A stretch of 64,000 bases of DNA from an uncultured Clostridium sp. (GCA_948438085.1 CAOJKP010000008.1:3668-67667); one strand, 5' to 3'; counted from the first letter of the stretch, positions 20,651 through 31,893 are shown. Translations and numbers: made by a program. Notes: a model not told the origin generated them from the sequence alone.

Positions 20651-21458
20651 CTAATCTTGCATTATATATATTATCTCTAGTTTTTTATTTCCAATTATTG
20701 TATCTAAATAATATTCTGTATTATTTTCATCATCTGTAACAACTACAGTATTTCCGTCTGTTTGCACTTCTAGAAAAACTTCTTTAAAAGATTTATCTTT
20801 ATATTGATATAGGTTCTTTCCAATATATGTTATACCATTTTTTTTGTATTTTCCGTAATTCGGTAGAATTATTATTAAAATCTGCCTTTATACGTTCTAT
20901 TGTATCAAAATTTGGATTACCTATCCATGGTGAAACTACTTTTACACTTGAGTTAACACTTCTACCATGGTATATATTGTTAGGTGAACTTGTATCATTT
21001 ATATTATTCCATAATGCATTTTCTTTTCCTGTATATTTTTTTATAGAGTTATCTACTTTTCTTATCCTGTCTTGAATCTCTAAATATTGGGCATGTTCCC
21101 TAGGTGCTGTTTCTTGTTTTCTTAAAATAGTATCCCAATTTTGCATAAATCCCTCTGTATATAAATCATATCTAACAATAGGTGTTCCATCATTTTCTAC
21201 AATTGTTACTGCATATTGTTCCTTTGCATATCTATATATTACTGGTAAAATTGTTTCAAATCCGACAATTCTTTCGTTTTTTTGCGAATTATTGTCGGAA
21301 TTTGAAATATATTCATAATCATTTGTTTTATCTGTCATTACAAGTACTGCATCAGATGTTGCTCTTGCTTGCCCTACTGTAATAAATGCAATTACTAATG
21401 CAAATGAAAATATAAAAACTGCAAAAGCCATTTTTAAAGCATCTACTGCATTTTCCAT
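20651..21458 (-). CDS. MENA-type pilin-like protein; about 268 aa after +1 shift at CGG (20853-20855)
   Basis: MENAVDALKMAFAVFIF N-terminus. The +1 frame extends GKYKKNG..IIYIMQD* to a TAG at 20651, filling the gap before the next gene. Confidence 0.7.
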
Positions 21459-21487
21459 AGTGCATCATCCTTTATATTTTTCTTTTA

Positions 21488-21934
21488 TTAAGACCCACTT
21501 TTTGTATAATAAGTTATTGTTACTGTGTCTATAAGCCCATCTCCAGCATAATTAGATTTTGCATCTGTACATGTAACTGTATATGAACCTGCTGTATTTA
21601 CTTTTTGAATTGCAGTAACAGGATCTGTAATAGCTGTTCCTCCTGTTGTAGGTGTAAATGATAATACTACTTGTTTTGCCTCTACTCCATCATTTGTTGT
21701 ATTATTGTCTCTTATTTTTCTAAGTAAAGCTTTTACATTTGCTCCATTAACTCTATCACCTGAATATTGTTCAAATTGTTGATTAAACATATCCTTTTCT
21801 TGTGAACTCATTTGACGTACAGCTTCATCTATTGTTCCAGTTGTTGATGTATATACTAACATTCCTATTCCTATGATTAGTATAACAATTAATATGGCAC
21901 CTGCTATTAATAACGCTTTTGACGCATTCTCCAT
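21488..21934 (-). CDS. MENASKALL-type pilin-like protein
   Basis: Shared N-terminus plus FN..FE.Y.G..V.G..V motif with its paralogues. Confidence 0.7.
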   Translation of the reverse strand: MENASKALLIAGAILIVILIIGIGMLVYTSTTGTIDEAVRQMSSQEKDMFNQQFEQYSGDRVNGANVKALLRKIRDNNTTNDGVEAKQVVLSFTPTTGGTAITDPVTAIQKVNTAGSYTVTCTDAKSNYAGDGLIDTVTITYYTKSGS

Positions 21935-21997
21935 TTTATTTTCCTCCTTAGTTTATTTTTTATATTTTAATTAGACTTTTCATCTAAATATTAATAA

Positions 21998-22438
21998 CTA
22001 TTGTTCTAGTTGTTCAAATACTATTTTCTTTATATATTTTGTTTTTTCATGATATTCAATATTTGAACATTTAAAGTTAATTAAATTAAAGTTTTTAACA
22101 AATCCTGTTATTCCTGCTTTTTGAATAGATTCCATTCCAAAAGTTTTAGGACCATCCTCAGATAACATTATAAGTTCAACTTTTACAGAATTCGTATCAT
22201 TTTCAATATACATTCCTTTTTCGTTTTTTTGTATTCCATTTTTTTCGTTAGAATCTATTGCTTTGTTAATTATCGTAGTAACATCTGTACCAATCACAGT
22301 TTTATTAGAATATATTTCATATTCTCGATTTACTTGTTTTATAAGTTCTAACTTTTTATTGTTGTTTGAAATGTACATACATACTAAAATTAAACCTACA
22401 ATAATAATTGTTATTATTATAAATAATGTTTTTTTCAT
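21998..22438 (-). CDS. Pilin-like paralogue with a divergent N-terminus
   Basis: TM helix and TVIGTDVTTIINKAIDSN, similar to LMRGVEVISALNKAIDNN in 22993-23502. Confidence 0.65.
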   Translation of the reverse strand: MKKTLFIIITIIIVGLILVCMYISNNNKKLELIKQVNREYEIYSNKTVIGTDVTTIINKAIDSNEKNGIQKNEKGMYIENDTNSVKVELIMLSEDGPKTFGMESIQKAGITGFVKNFNLINFKCSNIEYHEKTKYIKKIVFEQLEQ

Positions 22439-22501
22439 AGTACTCCTTTATTAATTATACAACATTTATTGTATTTATTCAACATTTTTTGTACTTTATA
22501 T

Positions 22502-22966
22502 TTAAAAATAATTTATACATCTTATTTCTATTTTACTTACTAAAGAAACATTTTCATATTCAGTAATATCACATCTATATAAATACGATGTAATATTATC
22601 AGATTTTAACGAACCATTTATAAGAAATTTGTTTGTATCTATCTTCAATAGGTCTCTATCTAAATTATTTCCTGGGAAACTAGATTTCCTTTGTATATCA
22701 ATCTTAAAATTTATTCCTTCATATTTTTCATTATAATTCTTTGCCAAATTTATAATTGATACTACATCTTGTGCAGTTAAATCTTCTCTTTGATCATAAA
22801 CTGTAAATTTAGCATTAAACTCATATACCTCTTTTATATTTATATTTTCTTCAATTCCTCTTCCCCAAGAACTCATTGTAACATATAGAAAAACCATAAG
22901 TGAAGCTAATATTATACCAATGAGCACCTCTGCTGAGATTAATAAGGCTTTTGATGCATTTTCCAT
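22502..22966 (-). CDS. MENASKALL-type pilin-like protein
   Basis: MENASKALLISAEVLIGIILASL; FNAKFTVY..LTAQDVVSIIN. Confidence 0.7.
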   Translation of the reverse strand: MENASKALLISAEVLIGIILASLMVFLYVTMSSWGRGIEENINIKEVYEFNAKFTVYDQREDLTAQDVVSIINLAKNYNEKYEGINFKIDIQRKSSFPGNNLDRDLLKIDTNKFLINGSLKSDNITSYLYRCDITEYENVSLVSKIEIRCINYF

Positions 22967-22992
22967 AATATTACTTCCTTTCTGTTATATTA

Positions 22993-23502
22993 CTATTCAC
23001 TAACTAATATTTCCTCATATGTTAACTCGCATACTCTTCCAATATCATTAAACTTTAGCCCTGTACAATTAAATATTTTTCTTTTTAGTTCTTTAAATTC
23101 ATCATCATTATTATTTTTAATTTCCTCAAATTTAGTATATTCTGCTTTATTTTTATCCGATGTATAATTTAGTATTTGTCTTAGTCCTAAAGTATCTAAA
23201 CAATATACATTAACTATTACTTCATAATCCTCAAATTGATTTCCTAATTCCATTCTTTCATATTTTGTATTATTATCTATTGCTTTATTTAATGCTGAAA
23301 TAACTTCTACTCCACGCATTAATTTTTTATTATAAGATTCAAATTGATTATTGAATTTCGTCATTTGTTCTACTGTTTCTATTTCATGCCTAGTTTCAGC
23401 AGTAGTTCTTGCATTTGTAAACATATAAATAAATATTCCTATAATTAGTACAGCTAATAATATTCCTCCTGCCATTAATAATGCTTTTGATGCATTTTCC
23501 AT
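22993..23502 (-). CDS. MENASKALL-type pilin-like protein
   Basis: MENASKALLMAGGILLAVLII; FNNQFESY..MRGVEVISALN. Confidence 0.7.
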   Translation of the reverse strand: MENASKALLMAGGILLAVLIIGIFIYMFTNARTTAETRHEIETVEQMTKFNNQFESYNKKLMRGVEVISALNKAIDNNTKYERMELGNQFEDYEVIVNVYCLDTLGLRQILNYTSDKNKAEYTKFEEIKNNNDDEFKELKRKIFNCTGLKFNDIGRVCELTYEEILVSE

Positions 23503-23523
23503 TTTTTGTCTACCTCCTTTACA

Positions 23524-25605
23524 TTATTTCATCATTTTTGACATTGTATTAAATGCACTTGTCATACTCATTAATCCTATTGCTACTAATGGAACTATTA
23601 AATATCCAACAAACAAGCACACCATTGGTGCAAATCCTATAAATTTACCTATCATTCCTTTTCTACTAATTAGTCTTTCGTTTGATTCTTTTCTTTTATC
23701 TTGGTAATATGCCCTTTCTGTATCCAACTCGTCAAATGCTTGTCTAATTGGAATTTTTTCAACAGCTGCTTGTAAGCTTTCTACTATACGAATTAATTGT
23801 GGAAATGTAACATCATTTTTTAATTCTTCTAAAGCCTCCCATGCTCCACTTTCATAGTTATTAACGCATTTTGATATCGGTTCTTTAAATATATTTGCAT
23901 ATCTTTCAAGCCACTCTAATATCATTTCTACATTTACTCTTTCTATTTTCATAAGCATTAGTATTATCGTTTGAAATTGCATTACTTCGTCTTCCATATC
24001 TAATTGTCTCATTTTTGCTTGGAACATAAGCATCCATATTGGTCCCATATATCCAATTACACCAAATGCAAGAGCAAATAATATTTCAAACCACTTCATA
24101 TATTCACTATTTACTGTTTTTATTTTCTTTAATATTGCATCTGATTCTTCGTCTAATTCATCATCTGTCGCATCTTGATAATATTCTGAATATTTCATCG
24201 CATGACGTACTTTTTCTTGAGTTACATTTAAGTCTCCTTTAAACATATCTATAAAATAATTATGTATTTTAGTTTTTTCCATTGCCTTTTTTTCATCTTG
24301 TGATGATATATTTCCTATTAAATCATATTCAGTTGTCGGCTGTTCATAAATGTATTTTATACTTATTTGATGTAACTCGTAAAATAAAAATAAAGATATT
24401 ATAAATGTAACAATAAATAAAATAATTCTATTTACATACAGCCATTCAATTTTTTGCTTTGACGCTGCATCTTTAAGCATTTTACTAACTTTTCTATGTT
24501 CTTTAGTTCCTTGTTTTGGTATGAACAAATTAACAAATCTTTTTATTAATGGATTTTTATATAATTTGGCTTGCCATGGATTTTCTGTATTTTTCAAGTT
24601 AGCATTTGTTGATGAATTATCTTTTATTTTTCTTATTAATAAGTAACATATAAAAGTAATTACTAATAAAATTGTTTGTACTATTAATCCACCTTTTCCA
24701 TTATAGAAACTTTCTGTAAAACCAAATTGAGATACTGCCCAATTTTTTACTGGTTCTATTAACAATATTGGTATCGCTGCAATTATTGATAAACTTTGAA
24801 ATACATAATCAATTTTATCTCTTTTTAGTATTTCAATTTGCATTTCTTGAGTAATGTTATTTAAGTTTTTTAAATATAACGATGCTCCATGTTCATCTTT
24901 TCTATCTCCAAATTCTCTTGTTAAATATGAAATACCCGCAAATTCTTTTAAATAACTATTTGGTGCAACATCATAATATTTTTCTAATTCTCCTTCTGGA
25001 TCATCTGATATAAGTATTTCATATATTTTATCTGCTTGTCTTGAAACTTCTAGTTCATCATCTTGTGCAACTTGATATATTGCTTCTTCAACCATGTTTG
25101 TTTCGTGATATGCATGTCTTATTTCTGCAAAAAAATCTATTTGTTGTTTTAATAATTTATTATCTATTTTGTCTGCCATTCCTTCTATAATAGATTCTAT
25201 CATAAATATTTCAAATATTAATAATATTGCCATTAATAAAGTATTATTTTTTGCAAATATTATTATTGCTATTGTTAATGGTATCATTATTAATAATGCA
25301 TTTGTTAAGCTTTTTGATGCTTGTCTTCTAGTTAGATATTCATCATCTATATTAATTATTTCTAATCTTCTTCTTAATTTTGTTAAATACCTTTTTATTC
25401 CTGGTATTTTTATGTATATCATATATAGTTTTTGATATAATACATCTAATGAAAACTTTTTAGTTCCATCTCCTGCTTTTAGTGCCATAGCTTGTTGAAC
25501 ATCAGAATTTTGCATTCTTTTCATTAAAATTATGTATGCTATTACCAATATTCCGAATATAACTCCAACACCTATAAGTCCATAAATTATTATATTAGTA
25601 GACAC
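23524..25605 (-). CDS. Multi-TM pilus platform protein (TadB/TadC-like, probably fused)
   Basis: Two sets of TM segments separated by helical domains; lies next to the TadA-like ATPase. Confidence 0.6.
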   Translation of the reverse strand: MSTNIIIYGLIGVGVIFGILVIAYIILMKRMQNSDVQQAMALKAGDGTKKFSLDVLYQKLYMIYIKIPGIKRYLTKLRRRLEIINIDDEYLTRRQASKSLTNALLIMIPLTIAIIIFAKNNTLLMAILLIFEIFMIESIIEGMADKIDNKLLKQQIDFFAEIRHAYHETNMVEEAIYQVAQDDELEVSRQADKIYEILISDDPEGELEKYYDVAPNSYLKEFAGISYLTREFGDRKDEHGASLYLKNLNNITQEMQIEILKRDKIDYVFQSLSIIAAIPILLIEPVKNWAVSQFGFTESFYNGKGGLIVQTILLVITFICYLLIRKIKDNSSTNANLKNTENPWQAKLYKNPLIKRFVNLFIPKQGTKEHRKVSKMLKDAASKQKIEWLYVNRIILFIVTFIISLFLFYELHQISIKYIYEQPTTEYDLIGNISSQDEKKAMEKTKIHNYFIDMFKGDLNVTQEKVRHAMKYSEYYQDATDDELDEESDAILKKIKTVNSEYMKWFEILFALAFGVIGYMGPIWMLMFQAKMRQLDMEDEVMQFQTIILMLMKIERVNVEMILEWLERYANIFKEPISKCVNNYESGAWEALEELKNDVTFPQLIRIVESLQAAVEKIPIRQAFDELDTERAYYQDKRKESNERLISRKGMIGKFIGFAPMVCLFVGYLIVPLVAIGLMSMTSAFNTMSKMMK

Positions 25606-25646
25606 TTTACTATAGCACCTCCTTGTTACTTTTGTATATTTTTAAA

Positions 25647-27542
25647 CTAAACTCTTCTTTTTATCCCTTGTCCCCAATTTTCTTCAATAAATTTATCAAA
25701 TGCTTCTACATCTGATTCATCCATATTTTCACGCATTGCTTTTATATTTTCATCTGATATTTTATTTGTAAGTACATATTCACCATCTACATATTCAATT
25801 ATGTTTACATATCTGTATAACTGCCTATCTGTAACTTTTGTAAAATAATGTGTCGCATTATCAAAAAATTTATCAAATTTTCCCTCTAATGTTTTTTCTT
25901 TTCTGTGGTCAAATGTATATTCGTTTTTATCTTCAACTGGTATACATTCTGTAACTCTTTCTATATATCTTCTTCCTCTAAAGTCTTTTATTAAGTGTAT
26001 ATCGAAATTTAATACTTGTACAACTTGCTCTTCAGCTGTTTTTTCATCTTTAAATACACCTGTTCTTAGCATTGAGTTTCTTAAAGCTGTTACTAAGTTA
26101 GGAAATGTTTTAGCATGGTGGGTAAATAATGTAAATTTAGATGCAACTTGTGCTGCTTGTATCATCCAAGATGCAACTGGATCTGTTGCAACCTCCCCTA
26201 TAATATTAACTGATCCATCAGTTTTTTTCTGAACATCCAATCCTTCTTGTCCAGAAATTGTTTCTGTTTCTCTAAATGTTAATATGTTTCTTGTTGGGTA
26301 AATTTTTCTTAAGTGCAATTCGAATGCAGTTTCTTGAACTCTTATGTTCATTGTTTCGTATATATTTTCAATCATACCCATAAGCATTGTTGTTTTACCA
26401 CAACCTTGCTCTCCAGTAAGAGAAATTATTCTTGCTCCTTTTACTAAATATTTTAATAAATCTATTACTTTTTCTTTTCCTGGTGATGTTATTAATTGTT
26501 CTAGAGTTGCTCTTTTAACATCAAATTTTCTTACAAAGAATGCCCATGTTTCTGAGAATGATGGTCTTACTACAACAACTCTGGAACCATCTTTCATTTC
26601 ATTAATTTTGTATCCATTGGTGTCTGATAACTGTCCTGGATTATTGTATTTATATATGTTTTGACATACTCTTTTTAGTTCACTTTCTGTTCCAAATGTC
26701 AAAAATGCAAGTCTTATTGATTTACCTTGGAAAAATATCCAAATACTATCGCATGCTCTTGGTACTTTATTCTCTAATACTTGATCTAAGTAATCATTAT
26801 CTGTTTGTGCAACTTGGCTTAAGAATGATTCTGGAAGTCCAGAAACACCTCCTGAAACACCATCTATATTCATATCTCTTATTTCATCTATACTTGAATA
26901 TCCTTTATAGTGTTGATATATTCTTTGTACTACTACATTTAATTTGTCTGCAAATGTTAGTTCTAAAGCTTCTTTTTCATATATATTACTAATTTCTTCT
27001 CCTGTTATAACATAACAAGGTTTTGCTTCTCCTGCTAAATATTTTAATACCGCTAAATTGTATTTTTTTATTAATTGTGTTAATGCTTCATATCCAAACT
27101 CTTTTTTATACATATATATTAAAATATCAAATTTGTCCTGATCTGTTAATAATGATGGTATATCAAAACTAATTGCTTTTGATATATTTGTTTCTTCTAC
27201 TCCATATTCTTTTAATAGTAAATCATATATTAATTCTTTAACATATTTCTTATCGTTTACATCTCCATATGTACAACCTTTTAAGGCTTTTTTTAGTTCA
27301 TATTTCTTTTTCTTTCTTCTTTTTAATTCTTCTTCTGAAAGACCTATATCATATAAATTTATTTTTGTTATTTCATCAAGCCTTTTTTTAACAAATGCTG
27401 TCATTTTTTCCAATGTATATGTCTTATCGTCTAATTCAACTGTTTGCTCAACTTTTTCTTCTTTTCTTTTATTGATTGAACGCATTATTAATGCTCCTGC
27501 GCCTAATAATACAACTATAATCAAGATAACATTTATTAGCAT
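25647..27542 (-). CDS. CpaF/TadA/VirB11-family secretion ATPase with N-terminal extension
   Basis: DGSRVVVVRP, Walker A GEQGCGKTT, QETAFEL, IIGEV, and FTHHA. Confidence 0.85.
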   Translation of the reverse strand: MLINVILIIVVLLGAGALIMRSINKRKEEKVEQTVELDDKTYTLEKMTAFVKKRLDEITKINLYDIGLSEEELKRRKKKKYELKKALKGCTYGDVNDKKYVKELIYDLLLKEYGVEETNISKAISFDIPSLLTDQDKFDILIYMYKKEFGYEALTQLIKKYNLAVLKYLAGEAKPCYVITGEEISNIYEKEALELTFADKLNVVVQRIYQHYKGYSSIDEIRDMNIDGVSGGVSGLPESFLSQVAQTDNDYLDQVLENKVPRACDSIWIFFQGKSIRLAFLTFGTESELKRVCQNIYKYNNPGQLSDTNGYKINEMKDGSRVVVVRPSFSETWAFFVRKFDVKRATLEQLITSPGKEKVIDLLKYLVKGARIISLTGEQGCGKTTMLMGMIENIYETMNIRVQETAFELHLRKIYPTRNILTFRETETISGQEGLDVQKKTDGSVNIIGEVATDPVASWMIQAAQVASKFTLFTHHAKTFPNLVTALRNSMLRTGVFKDEKTAEEQVVQVLNFDIHLIKDFRGRRYIERVTECIPVEDKNEYTFDHRKEKTLEGKFDKFFDNATHYFTKVTDRQLYRYVNIIEYVDGEYVLTNKISDENIKAMRENMDESDVEAFDKFIEENWGQGIKRRV

Positions 27543-27562
27543 ATTAGGTCTCCTTCCTAAAA

Positions 27563-28417
27563 TTACATTTTCATTTGTAATTCTTGCAATTTGTAAATTA
27601 TTCTTTCTACATCTTTGTTTACTGCATTAATAAATAATGCATTTTTATCACTATCACTTATTTTTCTTGCTCTTAAAAATAAATCTGCAACTTTTTCTTC
27701 TCTTGCTGCTTCAAAATACAATGTATTATAAGGTACATTTAAGACATCCTTTTTTATTCCTGTATATCTTATTACATTTGCTTCATTATATTTTGAATGT
27801 TTATCAAATTTACCAATATTTAACATTACATTTGCTCTTGCAAAAAATGGTTGCTCTTTTCTTAATTGTATAAATGCATTTATTGTATCAATTTTTTGTT
27901 CTGTATTATAAATGATTATATTAGACATTTCTAGTATTTGTTGTGTTACTTCATCATTTATGTGTCTATCTAAATCCACTATAACCATATCATAATATTT
28001 AGATGCATTTAAAATAATATCTTTGTATTTGGCTCTCGTTTTTTCATATTGAACTTTAGATATTTCTCTTTCAATATTTTTTACTCCATAAAGTATTTCT
28101 AGTCTATTTTTGTACACAATTCCTGTATAACTAGGAATAATTTCTGGTGTCAATCTTCCACTATATGCATTTTTTATCAATCCATCTATTCCATTATCTA
28201 TTGATGCTTTGCTTGCATCTTTTATTATAGACTTTATAATTGCCTTATTTTTATCTTGTCCTCCATATGCAAGTTCCAATGTTTTATCATCAAATGATGT
28301 TTCTACTACTAAAATTTTGAGATTGTGTTCTATTGCCATAACTGATGCCATAGCAATAACAGACATTGTTTGTCCTGTTTCTTCTTTTCCATTATTCCAA
28401 AAAGTTATAATAGCCAT
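27563..28417 (-). CDS. ParA/MinD-like (CpaE/TadZ-like) protein with a degenerate Walker A
   Basis: MAIITFW..ETGQT, ILVVE and YDMVIVDL, typical of a ParA fold. Confidence 0.7.
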   Translation of the reverse strand: MAIITFWNNGKEETGQTMSVIAMASVMAIEHNLKILVVETSFDDKTLELAYGGQDKNKAIIKSIIKDASKASIDNGIDGLIKNAYSGRLTPEIIPSYTGIVYKNRLEILYGVKNIEREISKVQYEKTRAKYKDIILNASKYYDMVIVDLDRHINDEVTQQILEMSNIIIYNTEQKIDTINAFIQLRKEQPFFARANVMLNIGKFDKHSKYNEANVIRYTGIKKDVLNVPYNTLYFEAAREEKVADLFLRARKISDSDKNALFINAVNKDVERIIYKLQELQMKM

Positions 28418-28419
28418 AT

Positions 28420-29121
28420 TTAGCCTTCCTTTTCTATATTTTTGAATGTCTTTTTTATTTGTGCTAATGTTGTTTTTCCTTCTGCTATATCTTCTAATAT
28501 ATACATTAAGTTTTCTTTATATTGAACGCTTAATTTTTTTACACCAATTTTTTCAAGTCTTTGATTTTCCACAATTACACTTTGGTCTCCATTATCTATT
28601 GGCATAAATATTCTATTTTTGTTCCATAAAATATTATAATTCTGTGATAAAAAATTTATATATTCATCATCATCTTTTTGTACTCCATTAGAGAATGACA
28701 CTTTTGTCATATTGGTTTGTTCTTTAATATTTTCTAAAATTGAAAGTCCTTTTTTTAAGCAGTATACATCAAACGAAGTTACAAAATATCGCCTATCACT
28801 ATATAAAATATCAAAACCTTCAAATGCTTCTTTTGTATCTATATCTATTAATATATAGTCATAATCCAATTTTTTATCTTCTGTTATTGCCATAAATTTA
28901 TTTATTTCTTCCATAGTTTTAAAACCTATAGCTACATCTATTTTTTCATATTCTGTTATATATGATAGTGTCGGATTTATTACTGGAACTATATATTTTG
29001 CCTTTTGTGGTATTGATGCATCTATTAATAATACTTTATTATTTAACTCTGTTAACACTTTGGCTATATGTAGCATAAAATCCGTTTTATCATATACTCC
29101 TATAAATCCAATTGTCCTCAT
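28420..29121 (-). CDS. Degenerate ParA-like protein of the Tad-like locus
   Basis: IGFIG..DKTD, KVLLIDAS and YDYILIDI. Confidence 0.6.
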   Translation of the reverse strand: MRTIGFIGVYDKTDFMLHIAKVLTELNNKVLLIDASIPQKAKYIVPVINPTLSYITEYEKIDVAIGFKTMEEINKFMAITEDKKLDYDYILIDIDTKEAFEGFDILYSDRRYFVTSFDVYCLKKGLSILENIKEQTNMTKVSFSNGVQKDDDEYINFLSQNYNILWNKNRIFMPIDNGDQSVIVENQRLEKIGVKKLSVQYKENLMYILEDIAEGKTTLAQIKKTFKNIEKEG

Positions 29122-29173
29122 TATAATTTCCTTTCAATTTTCTTAGGTTACTTAAAAAGTAACCTAAGTTTTT

Positions 29174-30331
29174 TTACATTTCCATTCCTTCAATAAATTC
29201 TTTTCTTGCTTCTTGAGATTTTGTTATCTCTTCTTGTACTTTTGTTTCAATATTTGATTTTGATTCATCTCCATATTGATTTAATTGATTTTGAATTTGT
29301 CCTCTTATATCACTACTATTTAAATATCTATTTACTAATTCGTCTTTTGCTTTCTTTACAATATTTGCATCGCTTTGTATTAATGTTGTTACTTCATAGC
29401 TTGGTACATAAGTAAGTGTTGCTTGTGTTTGATTTCCTGGTTCTACATATATTGTTGCATATAATTTCGAACCTGAATTAACATAGCTTTCAACAATTGC
29501 ATTACTCATAAGTAATATTTCTGCTTCATTCATATCTATCCATATTGTTTGTGCATCTGTATTTTTAATTCTTTTTTTAGAAACAACTATATAATCTTGT
29601 CCATTTGGGAACATTAATCTTATATCAATATAATTATCAATTTCTAGGTTTTGTGGTAAAACTAACATATTATATTGTTGCTCACGTATATCTGCTGTAA
29701 CAATTTCATCACTTCTAGCAATCATTCCTTCTGTTAAAATTGTATTTGCATTCATATCTACTTTCGCAATTATTGGTACATTTTTAAATTCAATATATTC
29801 TTTATTTCCATTATTGTATATGTAATATTTTTCGCTTGTTTCCTCTTGTAATATTAAAGCAGTTTGGTCATTTTTAATAAGATAGTATCCTATATATTCT
29901 GTATTTGTTTTTTGGTTTCCAACCATTTTATAGTATTTTCCTGTATCTTCATCATATTTTAGTTCTACTGTTTGCCCATTATCATTAATTCTTTGATCTT
30001 TTAAATTTATTTTTCCTATCTCATTTCCTTCTGCATCTGTTAGACTATAATCGTCTAGTTCTATTAATGATATTGCACCTGCTGGAATAGTTCTTTTATC
30101 TAAATCTTTTCTTTTTTCAAACATATCAGCTGTTATAATATTTCCAGATTTCACATCAGACTTAAGTACATAAGCTTCAGCTTTATTTGCAAGTAATGTT
30201 TTTAACTCATCATTTAATTGAACATATTTATATACACCTAATGCACCTATTAATATTGAAATTAATAGCATTGTTGCTATTCCTCCCAAAAATGCATTCT
30301 TTGCTTTTCTTTGCATTGGATTGGTTGCCAT
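29174..30331 (-). CDS. SAF-domain CpaB/RcpC-like pilus assembly protein
   Basis: N-terminal TM, SAF-like YVLKSDVKSGNIITADMF, and CpaB-like LPQNLEIDNYIDIRLMFPNGQDYIVVSKKRI. Confidence 0.65.
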   Translation of the reverse strand: MATNPMQRKAKNAFLGGIATMLLISILIGALGVYKYVQLNDELKTLLANKAEAYVLKSDVKSGNIITADMFEKRKDLDKRTIPAGAISLIELDDYSLTDAEGNEIGKINLKDQRINDNGQTVELKYDEDTGKYYKMVGNQKTNTEYIGYYLIKNDQTALILQEETSEKYYIYNNGNKEYIEFKNVPIIAKVDMNANTILTEGMIARSDEIVTADIREQQYNMLVLPQNLEIDNYIDIRLMFPNGQDYIVVSKKRIKNTDAQTIWIDMNEAEILLMSNAIVESYVNSGSKLYATIYVEPGNQTQATLTYVPSYEVTTLIQSDANIVKKAKDELVNRYLNSSDIRGQIQNQLNQYGDESKSNIETKVQEEITKSQEARKEFIEGMEM

Positions 30332-30460
30332 TTTAATTCCTCCTTATTTTTTGACAAAATATCACTATATATATTATTGTATAACATTTTTCCTGTAAAA
30401 ACAACTATATATTATTGTGTAATTAAAATTTATTTGTTTTGTAATGTATTTGTAATATTT

Positions 30461-31333
30461 TTATTCTAAATACTTGTTTATTGCTACGGATACACCACTC
30501 AAATCGTTATCTAATGTAACAAAATCTCCTATATTGTTTTGCTCTAAAATAGATTTTCCCATAGTAACTCCTATGCCAGAGTTTGTTATCATTTCTATAT
30601 CATTTGCATTGTCGCCTATAGCCATAACTTCGCTTTTATTTATACCAAAAATATTCATTAAATATTGTATTGCTGTCCACTTATTAGTATTTTTATTTAG
30701 TATTTCTGTATAGTAGTATTCTATTGGTATATTCTTCATATCTAACTTTAACTCTTTTTTGGATTTATGTTTTACTTCAAGAATGCTTATATCAGTAATT
30801 TCTTTTATTTTTTTTAATATTCCATCAAATATAATTTTATTTTCATCACAAATTTCTATTTTCAGCACATCTATTTGATTATTCTTTTTTATATAATTAT
30901 ATATATCTTGAATTAAAGTTATTTGTGTTCTTTTATCCAATGGTTTTTCTAAATTAGAATTATGGTAGTACATTGTATTATAATTTAAACTTTTAGTAAT
31001 AATGTAATTTTGCGTACATACATTATAATAAACACTATTTTCTTCACACATTTTTATTATTTTAAGGACTTTCTCTTTTTCTAAAAAACACTCATGGACT
31101 CTTTTTTGATTTTGTATATCATATATAAATGCTCCATTTCCACATATCATATATTTATCTGCACCTATTTCTCTTGCAATATTTTCTACTGTTTCTGGCA
31201 TTCTTCCAGAGGCAAGTACTATTTCTACTCCTTTTTGTTTTGCTTTTTTTATTGCTTGTTTATCTTTATTAGAAACTTCTCCTTTAGAGTTCAGTAATGT
31301 TCCATCTAAGTCTATTGCTATTAGTTTTATCAT
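30461..31333 (-). CDS. Cof-type HAD-IIB hydrolase
   Basis: DLDGTLL, LASGR, NKWTAI and AIGDNANDIEM. Confidence 0.94.
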   Translation of the reverse strand: MIKLIAIDLDGTLLNSKGEVSNKDKQAIKKAKQKGVEIVLASGRMPETVENIAREIGADKYMICGNGAFIYDIQNQKRVHECFLEKEKVLKIIKMCEENSVYYNVCTQNYIITKSLNYNTMYYHNSNLEKPLDKRTQITLIQDIYNYIKKNNQIDVLKIEICDENKIIFDGILKKIKEITDISILEVKHKSKKELKLDMKNIPIEYYYTEILNKNTNKWTAIQYLMNIFGINKSEVMAIGDNANDIEMITNSGIGVTMGKSILEQNNIGDFVTLDNDLSGVSVAINKYLE

Positions 31334-31619
31334 TATTCCTCCTTATATTTTTCATAAACATTTTTATTATACATATAAAAACTTTATTTTACAATATTTT
31401 CAAATATTAAATATGAAAATATTACCAGTTTAAAAAATTCATATTTACACATTATATATCTTGAAGAAACAAGATTGTTTTTTCAACACACGAATTAATA
31501 CATGATTTGTATTTAATATTCGTAATATTTATATTTTCTAAATTATTTCTTTTTATTCAAGTATTAATTTAGAAAATATGAATTAATGGTAATTATTTTT
31601 TTCAGGAGGTGAAAAAACA

Positions 31620-31826
31620 ATGGCATCTAACAACAGTAATTATAAAGCAGTTCCAGAAGCAATGGGAGCTTTAGACAAATTCAAATATGAAGTAGCTAGC
31701 GAAGTTGGTGTAACTTTAAAAGATGGTTATAACGGAAATATATCAGCTAGAGACGCTGGAAAAATCGGTGGTAACATGGTAAGAAAAATGATACAACAAG
31801 CTGAAAACCAAATGATTGGTAAATAG
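31620..31826 (+). CDS. Alpha/beta-type small acid-soluble spore protein
   Basis: KFKYEVASEVGV..ARDAGKIGGNMVRKMI; strong SD and terminator. Confidence 0.95.
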   Translation: MASNNSNYKAVPEAMGALDKFKYEVASEVGVTLKDGYNGNISARDAGKIGGNMVRKMIQQAENQMIGK

Positions 31827-31893
31827 TTTTTTCTAGAACTTTATTATCAATAGATAAATGGTAGAAATATAAATTTTGCTTTTTTATATACAT

